The notes beneath the pieces are model-generated. The model had not been told where the DNA came from and ran no database searches. It was given only the letters and a program-made list of their open reading frames with translations. Positions 48,520 to 61,019 of a stretch of 64,000 nucleotides of DNA are shown in pieces. Position numbers and translations under genes: made by a program. Where the stretch lies: assembly GCF_006345805.1 (NCBI RefSeq), contig NC_043025.1, positions 8,184,001 to 8,248,000 on the forward strand. The letters run 5' to 3'. Positions within the stretch are counted from its first letter, which is position 1, and the number at the start of each line of letters is the position of its first letter. Source of the stretch: Octopus sinensis (lineage: Eukaryota).

Positions 48520-50229
48520 TTTATATGACTTTAGATTGGATTGAATTGCCCAGCAAGGACAAAGGTCTCAGCATGTTCTCTCCGCCCAACCATGGTCCAA
48601 TGTGGAGGTCATGAATTTGGGCTTGAGCACATACTGGTTTGATGACCCTGCTCTGCTACACTGGCTCAACATGGCTAGTATTACAGTAATATTACAAGTA
48701 AAATAATATCATATTTATGACTAAGTCAGAATCATAGTTAGAATTGATATCATAATTTTAGCTAAGTTGTATCACAATTATGAGTAAAGTTATATCGTAA
48801 TTTGAAGGACAGTTATATTTCAACTGAAGTGATATCATGTTTATGATTGAGTACTTACTTGTACTTGTGGCGACATTCACCCTGGGCAGGTTGAGTCGGC
48901 TTCTTCTACCATGGAAGAAGTTTCGTGGGAATATGTGGATTTCACAAGCGGTCCCCAAGAATCCCGCATGTGGAGACATCCTGTTTGCCGCAGATTGTTT
49001 GCAGACGCGGGGACAGAATGACCGAGGAGCCGCCGGATGCCGAAGCAAACACTCCGAGGATTTTCACCAGAGCCCCATCTGCCGGGTTGTGGCCCTAATA
49101 CCACTTGGTGTCAGACCAATCCACCTTGGGTGGCTCTACCAGGAACCGAAGTTCACATAAAAATTCACATAAGCAACCAACACACAACATACACACTCTC
49201 TCACAGGCATATGCTTACACACATACAAGCACACATACTCACACATTTAAAAACCTTCCTAAACAGTTTAATAGATTCTATTTTCTACAGTTGGGTAACA
49301 TGATGACTGACCAAAAATTCTGTCAGTCACACAATGACTGACCAAAAACTCTGTCAGTCACACAATGACTAAAAGAAATTTATTGCAATCAATAAAAAAT
49401 TTGACTTGCCATCAATTTCAATCATCTCAGATAAACAACCTTTCTTTATCTTTATCTTTTTTCCTGTCTGTCTTTTTTTCTCTCCAACAAAGCCTCCAAA
49501 AATTCACCACATACATATAAATTCCAAATAACCACTCCCAAAACACCCTCTTTCCAAAACCCAAGAAAACAAACTCAACTCCAGGATTTTTTTTCAACTA
49601 ATTCACACATATGAATTTTCTATAAAAAAATAATAAACATTCATGATGAATCCTTAAAAGGGACAAAATGCTAAATAAATAGTTTTATCAAAATCCTGAC
49701 TACTTTTTTTTTCTTAATTTATAAAATCTGTACACCACTTCTAACAATCTATATATACACATACTTTGATTCTTTGATAGGTTTCAGCCAGTATTGGCCC
49801 AGACCATGTCTAACTTAATAGCACCACCTGGCAAAGTCATTGAAATCAAGAATTGGACAACATAGCCCACTCAAGTAGAGAGTTATTTTTTATAGAGACA
49901 TATCCAGGTGTAGGAGATTTATCTGGGATTTTTTTGAAAGAATTTGTCCAAAGACCTCTTGGACCTTATGAGGTCTGTCTCTACTTTAACCCTTTCATTA
50001 CCAACCCAGCTGAAACCGGCTCTGACTCTGAGTACAAAGGTCTTGTTTTCATAAATTTTGAATTAAAATCTTTCACCAAACCTTAGTCACAATTTATGTT
50101 CCTAACACTAGCTGAATGATAAATAAGTTATTTTACTAAATTCTTTGTTATATTTAAAATTAGTTGAAAGAAACACAGAGCATCTCAAAAGAAATAGGGT
50201 AACAAAAGAGTTAATGTATTTTGGTGTAA

Positions 50230-51765
50230 TGTTAAAGAGAACAGGGCCAATTGAAGTGAAATAATCGTGCCGTATTGTTGTTATGTGATGCAAGTATGAT
50301 TTTTGTTGAGGGCGGATAACATGGGACCCAAGTCTTGGGTGTGTCTCAAAGGCAATGCTGATGGAATATTTTCCACATCATGCAGATGATGTAGTGCTCA
50401 CGGCAGCGTTGGAGAGAATAAAGCTTGAGATTTTCTAATCGACCCCAACAGTCAAGGCCTGTTATGCCACCTGTCCTTTTTGTAATTGACCTTTGAGGTG
50501 CTTCAATTTTCATGATACTTTGTTTCATGTGGGCAGACCACAGTGGACAACAGTATTCAAGGTGGGGTCAGGTAAAAGTGGAGAAGCAAAGGATAATGGG
50601 CCATGTCGACTTTGCTGTATATATAAGCGGCTTGTGTTGTTGTCCACAATTACTCCCAAGTTCCTGATGTTGTTGGATGCCACGAGAGTTTCATCTGAAG
50701 GAAAGGATTATGGGAAATTTCAGGGTGTCTTCTTTTCCAAAGTGGATTAACTCAGATTTGTCCTCATTCAGCAGAATATTTTTCTTTTCCGACCATTGGA
50801 TGACAGCCAGTAGATCTGACTGAAGACATGCCCGGTCACCCACTTCATTGATGACCTTCTGGATCTTGGAATCATCTGCAGAGATTCTTGTGTTACTGTG
50901 CTCGATGACGTCAGTAATTTCATTGATACATGTCACCAGCTCAACTGGCCTCCGTGCTGGTGGCACGTAACAAACACCATCCAATCGTGGCCGTTGTCAG
51001 CCTCGCCTGGCCTCCGTGCCGCTGGCACGTAAAAAGCACCATCTGAGCGTGGCCATTCGCCAGCCTCGTCTGGCCCCCATGCTGGTGGCACGTAAAAAGA
51101 ACCATCCGATCATGGCCATTGCCAGTCTCACCTGGCCTCTGTGCCGGTGGCATGTAAAAAGCACCATCCGAGTATGGCCGTTCGCCAGCCTCGCCTGGCC
51201 TCCGTGCCGGTGGCACGTAAAAAGCACCATCTGAGCGTGGCCGTTCGCCAGCCTCGTCTGGCACCTGTGTCGGTGGCACATAAAAAGCACCCACTACACT
51301 CTCAGGTTGGTTGGCGTTAGGAAAGGCATCCAGCTGTAGAAACACTGCCAGATCAGACTGGGCCTGGTGCAGCCTTCGGGCTTCCCAGACCCCAGTTGAA
51401 CCGTCCAACCCATGCTAGCATGGAAAGCGGACGTTAAACGATGATGATGATGAAGATGATATAAATAACGAAAAGAACTGGGCCTGACACAGTGCCTTGA
51501 GGAACACCACTACTGACTTTGGCTGGGCTTGATTTTACACCTTCCACTACAACGTGTTGGGTCCCGCCTGTCAGGAAACACTTGATCAATTGTAGTAACT
51601 TTCCAGAGACACCAATGTTGGATAGTTTTTTTCAAGAGGATCTTATGATCCACCCTGTGAAAGGTCTTGCTGAAATCAAGGTAAATGACATCAGTTTTCG
51701 AGCCCTCTCCCAAAGCTCTCAAAATATCATCAAGGTGATGATAGAGCTGCATCAAGCAGTAGCTG
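50230..51765 (-). mobile_element. Decayed CR1/L2-like LINE reverse transcriptase region, split by a repeat at about 50935-51455
   Basis: DVIYLDFSKTFHRVDH, SGVPQGTV.GP, ADDSKI, LSYWGRL. Confidence 0.85.
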
Positions 51766-52101
51766 CGTTAGGCTGTGTGGTAAGTAGCTTGCTTACCAAC
51801 CACATAGTTCTGGGTTCAGTCCCACTGCGTGGCATCTTGCGCAAGTGTCTTCTACTATGTTAATTATTTTGTCTAAAGCCAAAACAATGCAAGTCAGTAA
51901 AAGTAAATCACGCAGATTAATGGTAAATATTCTCACCTGGTATAGGTGTAGGAGTGGCCGTGTGGTAAGTAGCTTGCTTATGAACCACATGGTTCCAGGT
52001 TCAGTCCCACTGCATGGCACCTTGGGCAAGTGTCTTCTACTATAGCCTCGGGCCGACCAAAGCCTTGTGAGTGGATTTGGTAGACGGAAACTGAAAGAAG
52101 C

Positions 52102-52142
<41 letters not shown>

Positions 52143-53089
52143 GCATAGGAGTGGCTGTGTGGTAAGTAGCTTGCTTATGAACCACATGGTTCCGGGTTCA
52201 GTCCCACTGTGTGACACCTTGGGTAAGTGTCTTCTACTATAGCCTCGGGCCGACCAATGCCTTGTGAGTAGATTTGGTAGACGGAAACTGAAAGAAGCCC
52301 GTCGTATATATGTATATATATATATATGTGTGTGTGTGTGTATGTGTGTCCTTGTTTGTTCCCCCAACATTGCTTGACAACCGATGATGGTGTATTTATG
52401 TCCCCGTAACTTAGCAGTTCAGAAAAAAAGACTGATAGAATAAGTCCTGGGGTCGATTTGCTTGACTAGAGGTGATGCTCCAGCATGGCCACAGTCAAAT
52501 GACTGAAACAAGTAAGATAAAGAAAGAAAGAAAGAAAGAAAAGAAAGAAATAGTATTTCAATATTTTTGGATTAGAACCTCTTAAAAAAATTTACAGGAT
52601 GCTGTTAGCTGACTTCTCTATTCTGTGGTTGATAGTGACCAGCAACCAGCACCTAACCCCAAATTTTTTTAAATACTAGGTAATAAAGCTAATCATTGAT
52701 TTGTACTATTAATTTTTTGCAACTTGCAACATTTCATCTTTAAAACTAATAATTAAAATATTTATAAAATAAGATGTTTATTTTGCAGCGTGGAGTGGCT
52801 GTGTGGTAAGTAGCTTGCTTACCGACCACATAGTTCCGGGTTCAGTCCCACTGCGTGGAATCTTGGGCAAGTGTCTTCTGCTATAGCCTCAGGCCGACCA
52901 ATGCCTTGTGAGTGGATTTGGTAGATGGAAACTGAAAGAAGCCTGTCGTATATATATATACATATATATATATAGGCGTAGGAGTGGCTGTGTGGTAAGT
53001 AGCTTGCTTATGAACCACATGGTTCCGGGTTCAGTCCCACTGTGTGGCACCTTGGGCAAATGTCTTCTGCAAATGTCACAGCAGCCATA

Positions 53090-53641
53090 TTCCTACCGCT
53101 CTATGTCACGCTGGTGAGACCCATATTTGAGTACAGGATTTAAGCCTCTTCTCTTTATCTCCTCTAAGACATACATCATCTCGAAAGAGTCCAGAAGCTG
53201 GCTACCCGCATGGTTCTTGGTCTCAAGCATTTGTCTTATGAAGAAAGGGTGAAGACGCTCGACCTTTATTCTCTAGAAAAACGACGACGCTGTGGTGATC
53301 TCATTCTTGCTCACAACATCATAAGTGGAAAGTGTAACCTCTCGAAAGAGCTGTTCTTCACTCCTGCTCCAGAGCGTCGGCTGCGGGTCACTCCGAAAAG
53401 CTCTATCTACGACGATTTCATCTCAATCAAAGGAGAGGAGCTTTCTCCATCCGGATTGCGGGTCTGTGGAATAAGCTGCCGGACGAGATAGTGAAGATGC
53501 CGACGACCGCTCGGTTCAAAGTCTCCCTTGACCAGAAATGGCCTGAACTCTTTGCATGAACACCCTCCCTGTACATAACTCCATGTCTCCCTACATGGTC
53601 TTGCTTTTTGCTTTTTGAGCCAAAAAATTAACTTAACTTAC
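53090..53641 (+). mobile_element. CR1-like LINE 3' end with (TAACT)n tail
   Basis: ORF 53210..53491 [22 protein letters not shown]. Confidence 0.85.
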
Positions 53642-54587
53642 TCTATTGGTTAGATATTCAACCAGCCAGCTAATAGGTCACTTGTTTAATCAGTTCATTA
53701 ATCAATCAATCAGTTGTCTGTCCAAGTCCTTTTGTCACCATTCATGACCTCATCAATACATTGGCATTAACTAAAAGACAGACAGATTTCAAGCAGAATA
53801 GAGGAGAGAGAATATGCCATTGATGAAGTTATGGTTTGCGATGAAAGGACGGATCTTTTCCGTTTGAACGGCAGTTTTTTCTAGTGGTTTCATATGAAAT
53901 TGTCACCCATAATTATGACCCTAGTATCGATCTATTGCATTTCAATCTGTTTTAGGATTAGGGTTAGAGTTAGGGTTATGAGTGGGGGAAGGGAATCTTT
54001 TTTTCTTTAGAAATATAAATAAACCCAATCTGTTTCTTAAACGAGAGACATATTCATACAGCACAGAATGGGTTTTTTTTTTACCTCAATAGACGTCATT
54101 GATTGGTTGAAATTGCAGAAATCGAAGAAAAAACAACAACAAATATCTTACAAACTATAGAATTTTCTCAATAAAGCCAAGAGAAAAAGATGTCTTATGA
54201 ACACATTCTACCAGTAAACGAAGTTTGAAAGTGTTTAGTTACCTAGAAATTATGTTAAAAACTACCGTTCAAACCGAAAAGATCCCATGAAACTCTAGTA
54301 CTATCCCTCTAAAATCAGTGACCGTATAATGAAGTTGCGCATTCCGTTTGCATGTGGACGTAGGCAACAATTCTGTCAGTTTATGCTCCAACTCTCAAGG
54401 TTTAAAAGTGTTTAATTACGTGGAAACTATTTAAAAAAACTGCCGTCCAAACCGAAAAGATCCAAATTCTATGTTATTTATCATTTACACGCTTTTAAAA
54501 CCCATTTATATCGTCTTTTTTCTCTTCGTGTAACTTTTATGGAAGCCCATGTGGCCAAGAAAAGAATAAATTATCATCCAACAGTTG

Positions 54588-54597
54588 ACGCATGCGC
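54588..54597. promoter_or_regulatory. NRF1-like palindromic site (ACGCATGCGC) upstream of the putative second gene
   Basis: Near match to the NRF1 consensus GCGCATGCGC in unique sequence. Confidence 0.4.
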
Positions 54598-54641
54598 CTT
54601 AGTGATTTAACTGTCGTCTGCTCAGTCAAAACTTACAAAAA

Positions 54642-54680
54642 ATGTCCGACGATGAACGATGTAAAGCTAACAAGACAAAG
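54642..54680 (+). CDS. Probable first coding exon of a second, unidentified gene (MSDDERCKANKTK)
   Basis: A-rich context aaaaaATGT, strong donor AAG|gtaagg, non-repetitive CpG-containing surroundings, NRF1-like site about 45 nt upstream. Confidence 0.5.
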
Positions 54681-55139
54681 GTAAGGTCGTCTTTTTATAG
54701 TGTTTTTTCAAATAACAGAATAACGATTTGTTAAAACTTTAGTGAGGCAGAATAATATTTTATTTTAAGGCGGCGAGCTGGCAGAAACGTTAGCCCGGCG
54801 GGCGAAATGCTTAGCGGTCTGCCGTTACGTTCTGAGTTCAAATTCCGCCGAGGTCGACTTTGCCTTTCATCCTTTCGGGGTTGATAAATTAAGTACCAGT
54901 TACGCACTGGGGTCGATATAATTGACTTAATCCCTTTGTCTGTCATTGTTTGTCCCCTCTATGTTTAGCCCCTTGTGGGTAGTAAAGGAATAGAAATAGG
55001 TATTACGTCTGCCGTTACGTTCTGAGTTCAAATTCCACCGAGGTCGACCCTAACCCCCGCATATATATATTAAAAAAAACACTTTCTTGAAATGTATCTG
55101 GTACCTCAAGTACCCATACCGAAATTACGCCGTTCTTTT

Positions 55140-56100
55140 CATATTAGTGCAGTTTTTTAGTGGCACTAGGTATGTGAGAAGCCCGTTTTTACCATACAAG
55201 GATGTTTGCAAAAGGGACATGAAGGCCTGCGACATCAATATTTATTTCTTTATTACCCACAAGGGGCTAAACATATAGGGGACAGACAAAGGGATTAAGT
55301 CAATTACATCAACCCCAGTGCGTAACTGGTACTTATTTAATCGACCCCGAAAGGATGAAAGGCAAAGTCGACCTCGGCGGAATTTGAACTCAGAACGTAG
55401 CGGCAGACGAAATACCTATTTGTTTACTACCTACAAGGGGCTAAACACAGAGGGGACAAACAAGGACAGACAAAGGGATTAAGTCGATTATATCGACCCC
55501 AGTGCGTAACTGGTACTTAATTTATCGACCCCGAAAGGATGAAAGGCAAAGTCGACCCCGGCGGAATTTGAACTCAGAACGTAGCGGCAGACGAAATACC
55601 TATTTGTTTACTACCCACAAGGGGCTAAACACAGAGGGGACAAACAAGGACAGACAAACGGATTAAGTCGATTACATCGACCCCAGTGCGTAATTGGTAC
55701 TTAATTTATCGACCCCGAAAGGATGAAAGGCAAAGTCGACCCCGGCGGAATTTGAACTCAGAACGTAGCGGCAGACGAAATACCGCTAAGCATTTCGCCC
55801 GGCGTGCTAACGGTTCTATCAGCTCGCCGCCTTCCTGCGACATCAATATTAGCAACTAGGAAGCAATTGCCAGCAACCGTGGAGATTGGCGGCGTGTACC
55901 TTAAAAGAGGGAACACAAAGGAGTGACAGAGAGGGAGAGAGAGGAGAAAATGGTAAGACAAGAAAAGACGTCAACAAGAAACTATGACATTACAACCAGC
56001 CAGGAAAAGTCTTCGCTGACATTTGCGGCAACTGCCAGAGGAAGTGTTTGTCCAGGATAGGACAACACAGCCACGGCAGGAGATGTATTAGGACATGAAA
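55140..56100 (+). mobile_element. RTE-clade LINE 3' end split by a SINE multimer
   Basis: PYKDVCKRDMKACDIN and the C-terminal zinc knuckle CGNCQRKCLSRIGQHSHGRRC*. Confidence 0.8.
55243..55833 (-). mobile_element. Second SINE family (GCCTTTCATCCTTTCGGGGTCGATAAA central domain), trimeric body, 17-bp TSD; other copies at about 9625-9835, 32668-32898, 35388-35810 and 54767-55045
   Basis: TSD CCTGCGACATCAATATT at 55226-55242 and 55834-55850; three internal units of about 180 bp. Confidence 0.88.
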
Positions 56101-57263
56101 TGTAAAAGCCGGACTAGATTATTTGGATCTTTTCGGTTTGACCGGCAGTTTTTTTTTATAATTTCCACGTAACTAAACACTTTTAAACTTCGTATACTGG
56201 TAGAATGTGTTTATAAAACATCTTTTTCTCTTGGCTTTATTGAGAAAATTCTATAGTTTGTAAGATATTTGTTGTTGTTTGTCTTCAATTTCTGCAATTT
56301 CAACCAATCAATGACGTCCATTGAGGTGAAAAACATTCTGTGCCGTATGAATATGACCTCGTTTAAGAAACAGATTGGGTTTATTTACATTTGTGAAGAA
56401 AAAAAGATACCCTTCCCTCTAACCCTAACCCTAAAACGGATTGAAATGCAATAGATCGATACTAGGGTCGGATACTGGAATAAGTACCAGGCTTAAAAAG
56501 AATAAGTCCTGGGGTCGATTTGCTCGACTAAAGGCGGTGCTCCAGCATGGCCGCAGACAAATGACTGAAACAAGTAGAATGTAAAGAGTAAGGAAACTCT
56601 GGGTGTTGACGATGATCAGTTTACTAATTAGTTCTGGAGGACTTTGGTGCTGGGGCCTATGGGTAACTTCCAGAAATTCCTGGCCTGGCAGAGTTACTGG
56701 GAGTGGGGTGATGCCTGGTTGAGATAAACTTAATACTGGAAACGAAACTATTGGTTCAATTTATTGGACAGTTTCAGTAACTAATCAGATAATTGATTTA
56801 TCGTTTCCCTAGATCGATATACAAATGAGAAAGTGTGCCAGCCTCGTCATGTTAATCATTATGTATGTATATATTTATATATTTATTCCCAATTTCCACT
56901 TCTTTAGAACAAAAGCCCTAAGATTATGCTTTTTTTTTTATCCAATTCTCGATGTTACAAAATTCTTGATATGAAATCCTGTGTTAAGAGTTACTCCCCC
57001 TTAACCGTTCCCCTCTAAGTTCCAATTGCTTTTTTTCTTCGTTTTGTCATCCGGCTAAATTTTTTTTATTGGAGATGACTTATAAAAGATTAAATTATCT
57101 CTGTTCTACCAAATATATTAATAAAGCCATGTTTCCTCAGCTCCAAACGGAAATTAAACTTGAAACTCAGAGAAAAGACAAAATGAGCAGTAGTTAACCA
57201 GAATACTTTTGATAAATTTATCAAAACGAAAAACAATTTGAGGAAAAACACTTTTCAAAAAAT

Positions 57264-57681
57264 GGATCTTTTCGGTTTGAACGGCAGTTTTTAACATAAT
57301 TTCCACGTAACTAAACACTTTTAAACTTCGTATACTGGTAGAATGTGTTTATAAAACATCTTTTTCTCTTGGCTTTATTGAGAAAATTCTATAGTTTGTA
57401 AGATATTGGTTGTTTTTTTCTTCAATTTCTGGAATTTCAACCAATCAGTGACGTCCATTGAGGTAAAAAAAACATTCTGTGCCGTATGAATATGTCCCTC
57501 GTTTAAGAAACAGATTGGGTTTATTTACATTTGTGAAGAAAAAAAGATACCCTTCCCCCCACTCCTAACCCTAACCCTAAAACAGATTGAAATGCAATAG
57601 ATCGATACTAGGGTCATAATTATGGGTGACAATTTCATATGACACCGCTAGAAAAAACTTCCTTTCAAACCGAAAAGATCC
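57264..57681. mobile_element. TIR element of about 420 bp (GGATCTTTTCGGTTTGAACGGCAG termini) with internal TAACCC repeats; other copies at 38372-38799, 53851-54285, about 56124-56470 and about 54405-54463
   Basis: Terminal inverted repeats and five dispersed copies; no consistent short TSD, superfamily unassigned. Confidence 0.8.
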
Positions 57682-58060
57682 CCAAATATATTAATAAAGC
57701 CATGTTTCCTCAGCTCCAAACGGAAATTAAACTTGAAACTCAGAGAAGAGACAAAATGAGCAGTAGTTAACCAGAATACCTTTGATAAATTTATCAAAAC
57801 GAAAAACAATTTGAGGAAAAACACTTTTCAAAAAATAAAACCATAAAAAACAGTAAAAAAAACATACAAACAAGCAGAGCTTCAACTTTATGTTATTTAT
57901 ATGCATGTATAAATGTAAATGTATATAATTTATATACATATATAAATCTATATATACTCTTTTACACTCTTTAGTACAATTGTTTCATTTCACTTTTGTC
58001 TGATGGATGGTGTGCACGCGCTTTACCCTCGCCAATGTGCATGTGTGTGAGTGTGTGTAT

Positions 58061-58103
<43 letters not shown>

Positions 58104-58232
58104 TGTGTGTGTGTGTATATATATGTGTTGTGTGTCTGTGTGTGTATATGTATACATAAACATATATATACGTTTATATATTTGTTGTGCAAGATTTTTT
58201 ATGTGAAGTCGTGTGTTGAAACAGATATTGTT

Positions 58233-58543
58233 ATATTTCAGAATGGTCATTTTGCCAGTTTAGCCAATAAAAACACACGCTCTATATATTTGGTGTTATT
58301 TTGGTTCAGTGTTATTTATTTTTTTACATTAATCTTAATCTTATTTCGGCCAGAGTTCTTTCGTCACACTCCTGTGACCGCATCAGTGGTCCTTTGTTTT
58401 CTTCTTTCTTATTTGTGTCTCTCTTTACTGGCCGAAATAAGATTAAGATTAATGTAAAAAATAAATAACACTGAAGCAAAATAACACCAAATATATAATG
58501 TGTTTTTATTGGCTAAACTGGCAAAATGACCATTCCGAAATAT
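58233..58543. mobile_element. Inverted-repeat element (arms 58233-58353 and 58428-58543)
   Basis: Arms of about 120 bp are reverse complements with few differences. Confidence 0.85.
58348..58392 (-). ncRNA. Minimal hammerhead-like motif, core variant CUGAUGC
   Basis: GGACCA-CTGATGC-G-GTCAC-AGGAGT-GTGAC-GAAA-GAAC-TC^TGGCC; stem I is imperfect. Confidence 0.5.
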
Positions 58544-58971
58544 AAAAATACATATATAGGCGCAGGAGTGGCTGTGTGGTAAGTAGCTTGTTTACCAACC
58601 ACATGGTTCCGGGTTCAGTTCCACTGTGTGGCACTTTGAGCAAGTGTCTTCTGCTATAGCCCCGGGCTGACCAATGCCTTCTGAGTGGATTTGGTAGACA
58701 GAAACTGAAAGAAGCATGTTGTATATATGTATATATATATATATATGTATGTGTGTGTATATGTTTGTGTGTCTGTGTTTGTCCCCCTAGCATTGCTTGA
58801 CAACCGATGCTGGTGTGTTTACGTCCCCGTCACTTAGCGGTTCGGCAAAAGAGCCTGATAGAATAAGTACTGGGCTTACAAAGAATAAGTCCTGGGGTCG
58901 ATTTGCTCGACTAAAGGCGGTGCTCCAGCATGGCCACAGTCAAATGACTGAAACAAGTAAAAGAGTATATA

Positions 58972-59004
<33 letters not shown>

Positions 59005-59129
59005 TACAATGAAAAACAATGAAAATTAAACAATTAAAACTCTCAAAAAGGTGAGGCGATTTAAAGGTTGCTCATGGAAAAAAAAACCCTACAAAACTAC
59101 AGGTGGCCTGACCAACAGGGCAAGAGTTC

Positions 59130-59585
59130 CCTCCTTTTATTTTTTTTCTCAGGTGCATGCTCAAGATAGGTTCTTTCACACTAACCATTTTCCCAACATT
59201 CACCCACCTATCAAGGAACTTGCTAGAAGGCAACACTTCTTTCTCCACCCTCACTTTCCTTTTCAAGTAAAACTTGCAAAAGTTGATGAGGGCTTGGCCA
59301 AAGAGGTAAGTGTCTGTTTTCAGCCCTTTCAAGTGTGTCCACCACACAAACTCTTTCGTTACAGTCACCAGACAAATGAAAAGTGCTTTTCTCAACCAGC
59401 CGGAAGAGGCCAGTGGGTCGATCCTCACTGTGAATTCAGTCGATAGCCGGACCCGTCCTACATGTGACAGCAAGTGTTTGACTTAAACCTAATGGTCAGC
59501 AATGTTCGGGCACCGGACAGGTGGGCATAGAATGGTTTTGTTGCTCTGTGCACACCTTGGGCAGGCTCGGCTGACAGCACTTGTG
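59130..59585 (-). mobile_element. L1/Tx1-like LINE ORF2 C-terminal fragment
   Basis: ORF 59072..59473 (KEFVWWT...FYLKRKVRVEKEVL...FLDRW) resembles Tx1 ORF2 ends; same family as 61020-61880. Confidence 0.6.
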
Positions 59586-59591
59586 TGCCTG

Positions 59592-60061
59592 TTAACCCTT
59601 TTGTTACTAACCTGGCCAGAACCGGCTCTGGCTCTGTAGTACAAATGTTTTGTTTTCATAAGTTTTGAATTAAAATCTTCCACCAAACCTTAGTCACAAT
59701 TTATGTTCCTAACACTAGCTTAACGATAACTAAGTTATTTTACTAAATTCTTTGTTATATTTAAAGTAATTGAAAGAAACACAGAGCATCTCAACAGAAT
59801 ATGGTAACAAAAGGTTAAAGTCACCATGATATTTTTAACCCTTTGATACCAACCTAGCTGAACCACCTCTGGCCCTGTAGTACAAATGTCTAGTTTTCAT
59901 AAGTTCTGAATTAAAATCTTCCACCAAACCTTAGTCACAATTTATGTTCCTAACACTAGCTGAATGATAACTAAGATATTTTACTAAATTCTTTGTTATA
60001 TTTAAAGTAATTGAAAGAAACACAGAGCATCTCAAAATAAATACAGTAACGAAAGGGTTAA
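59592..60061. mobile_element. Two adjacent piggyBac-type MITEs of about 225 bp; another copy at about 49988-50213
   Basis: TTAA-flanked CCCTTT...AAAGGG termini with a shared internal sequence. Confidence 0.8.
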
Positions 60062-61019
60062 GTTTATCTCAACCAGGCATCACCCCACCCCCAGTAACTC
60101 TGCCAGGCCAGGAATTTCTGGAAGTTACCCACAGGCGCAGGAGTGGCTGTGTGGTAAGTAGCTTGTTTACCAACCACATGGTACCGGGTTCAGTCCCACT
60201 GCGTGGCATCTTGGGCAAGTGTCTTCTGCTATAGCCCCGGGCCGACCAAAGCCTTGTGAGTGGATTTGGTAGACGGAAACTGAAAGAAGCCTGTCGTATA
60301 TATGTATATATATATATATTTATGCGTGTGCGTGTATGTTTGTGTGTGTGTGTTTGTCCCCCTAGCATTGTTTGACGACCGATGCTGGTGTGTTTATGTC
60401 CCCGTCACTTAGCGGTTCGGCAACAGACACTGATAGAATAAATACTGGGCTTACAAAGAATAAGTCCCGGGGTCGAGTTGCTCGACTAAAGGCGGTGCTC
60501 CAGCATGGCCGCAGTCAACTGACTGAAACAAATAAAAGAGTATAGGCCCCAGCACAAAAGTCCTCCAGAACTAATTAGTAAACTGATCATCTTCAATGCC
60601 CAGAGTTTCCTTAATCTTTACATTTTACTTGTTTCAGTCATTTGTCTGCGACCATGCTGGAGCACCGCCTTTAGTCGTGCAAATCGACCCCGGGATTTAT
60701 TCTTGGTAAGCCTGGTACTTATTCTATCGGTCTCCTTTGCCGAACCACTAAGTTACAGGGACATACACACACCAGCATTGGTTGTCAAGCGATGTTGAGC
60801 GGGAAACAAACACAGACACACAAACACACACACACACACATATAAATATACATATATATGATGGGTTTCTTTCAGTTTCCGTCTGCCAAATCCATTCACA
60901 AGGCATTGGTCGGCCCGAGGCTATAGTAGAAGACACTTGCCCAAGGTGCTACGCAGTGGGACTGAACCCGGAACCATGTGGTTGGTAAACAAGCTACTTA
61001 CCACACAGCCACTCCTGTG

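Noticed and set aside
48758-49160. Overlapping ORFs of 75-107 aa in a GC-richer patch
   Set aside because: No recognisable domain or splice support; a (CAAGTA)-like tail on the minus strand suggests a retroelement 3' end.
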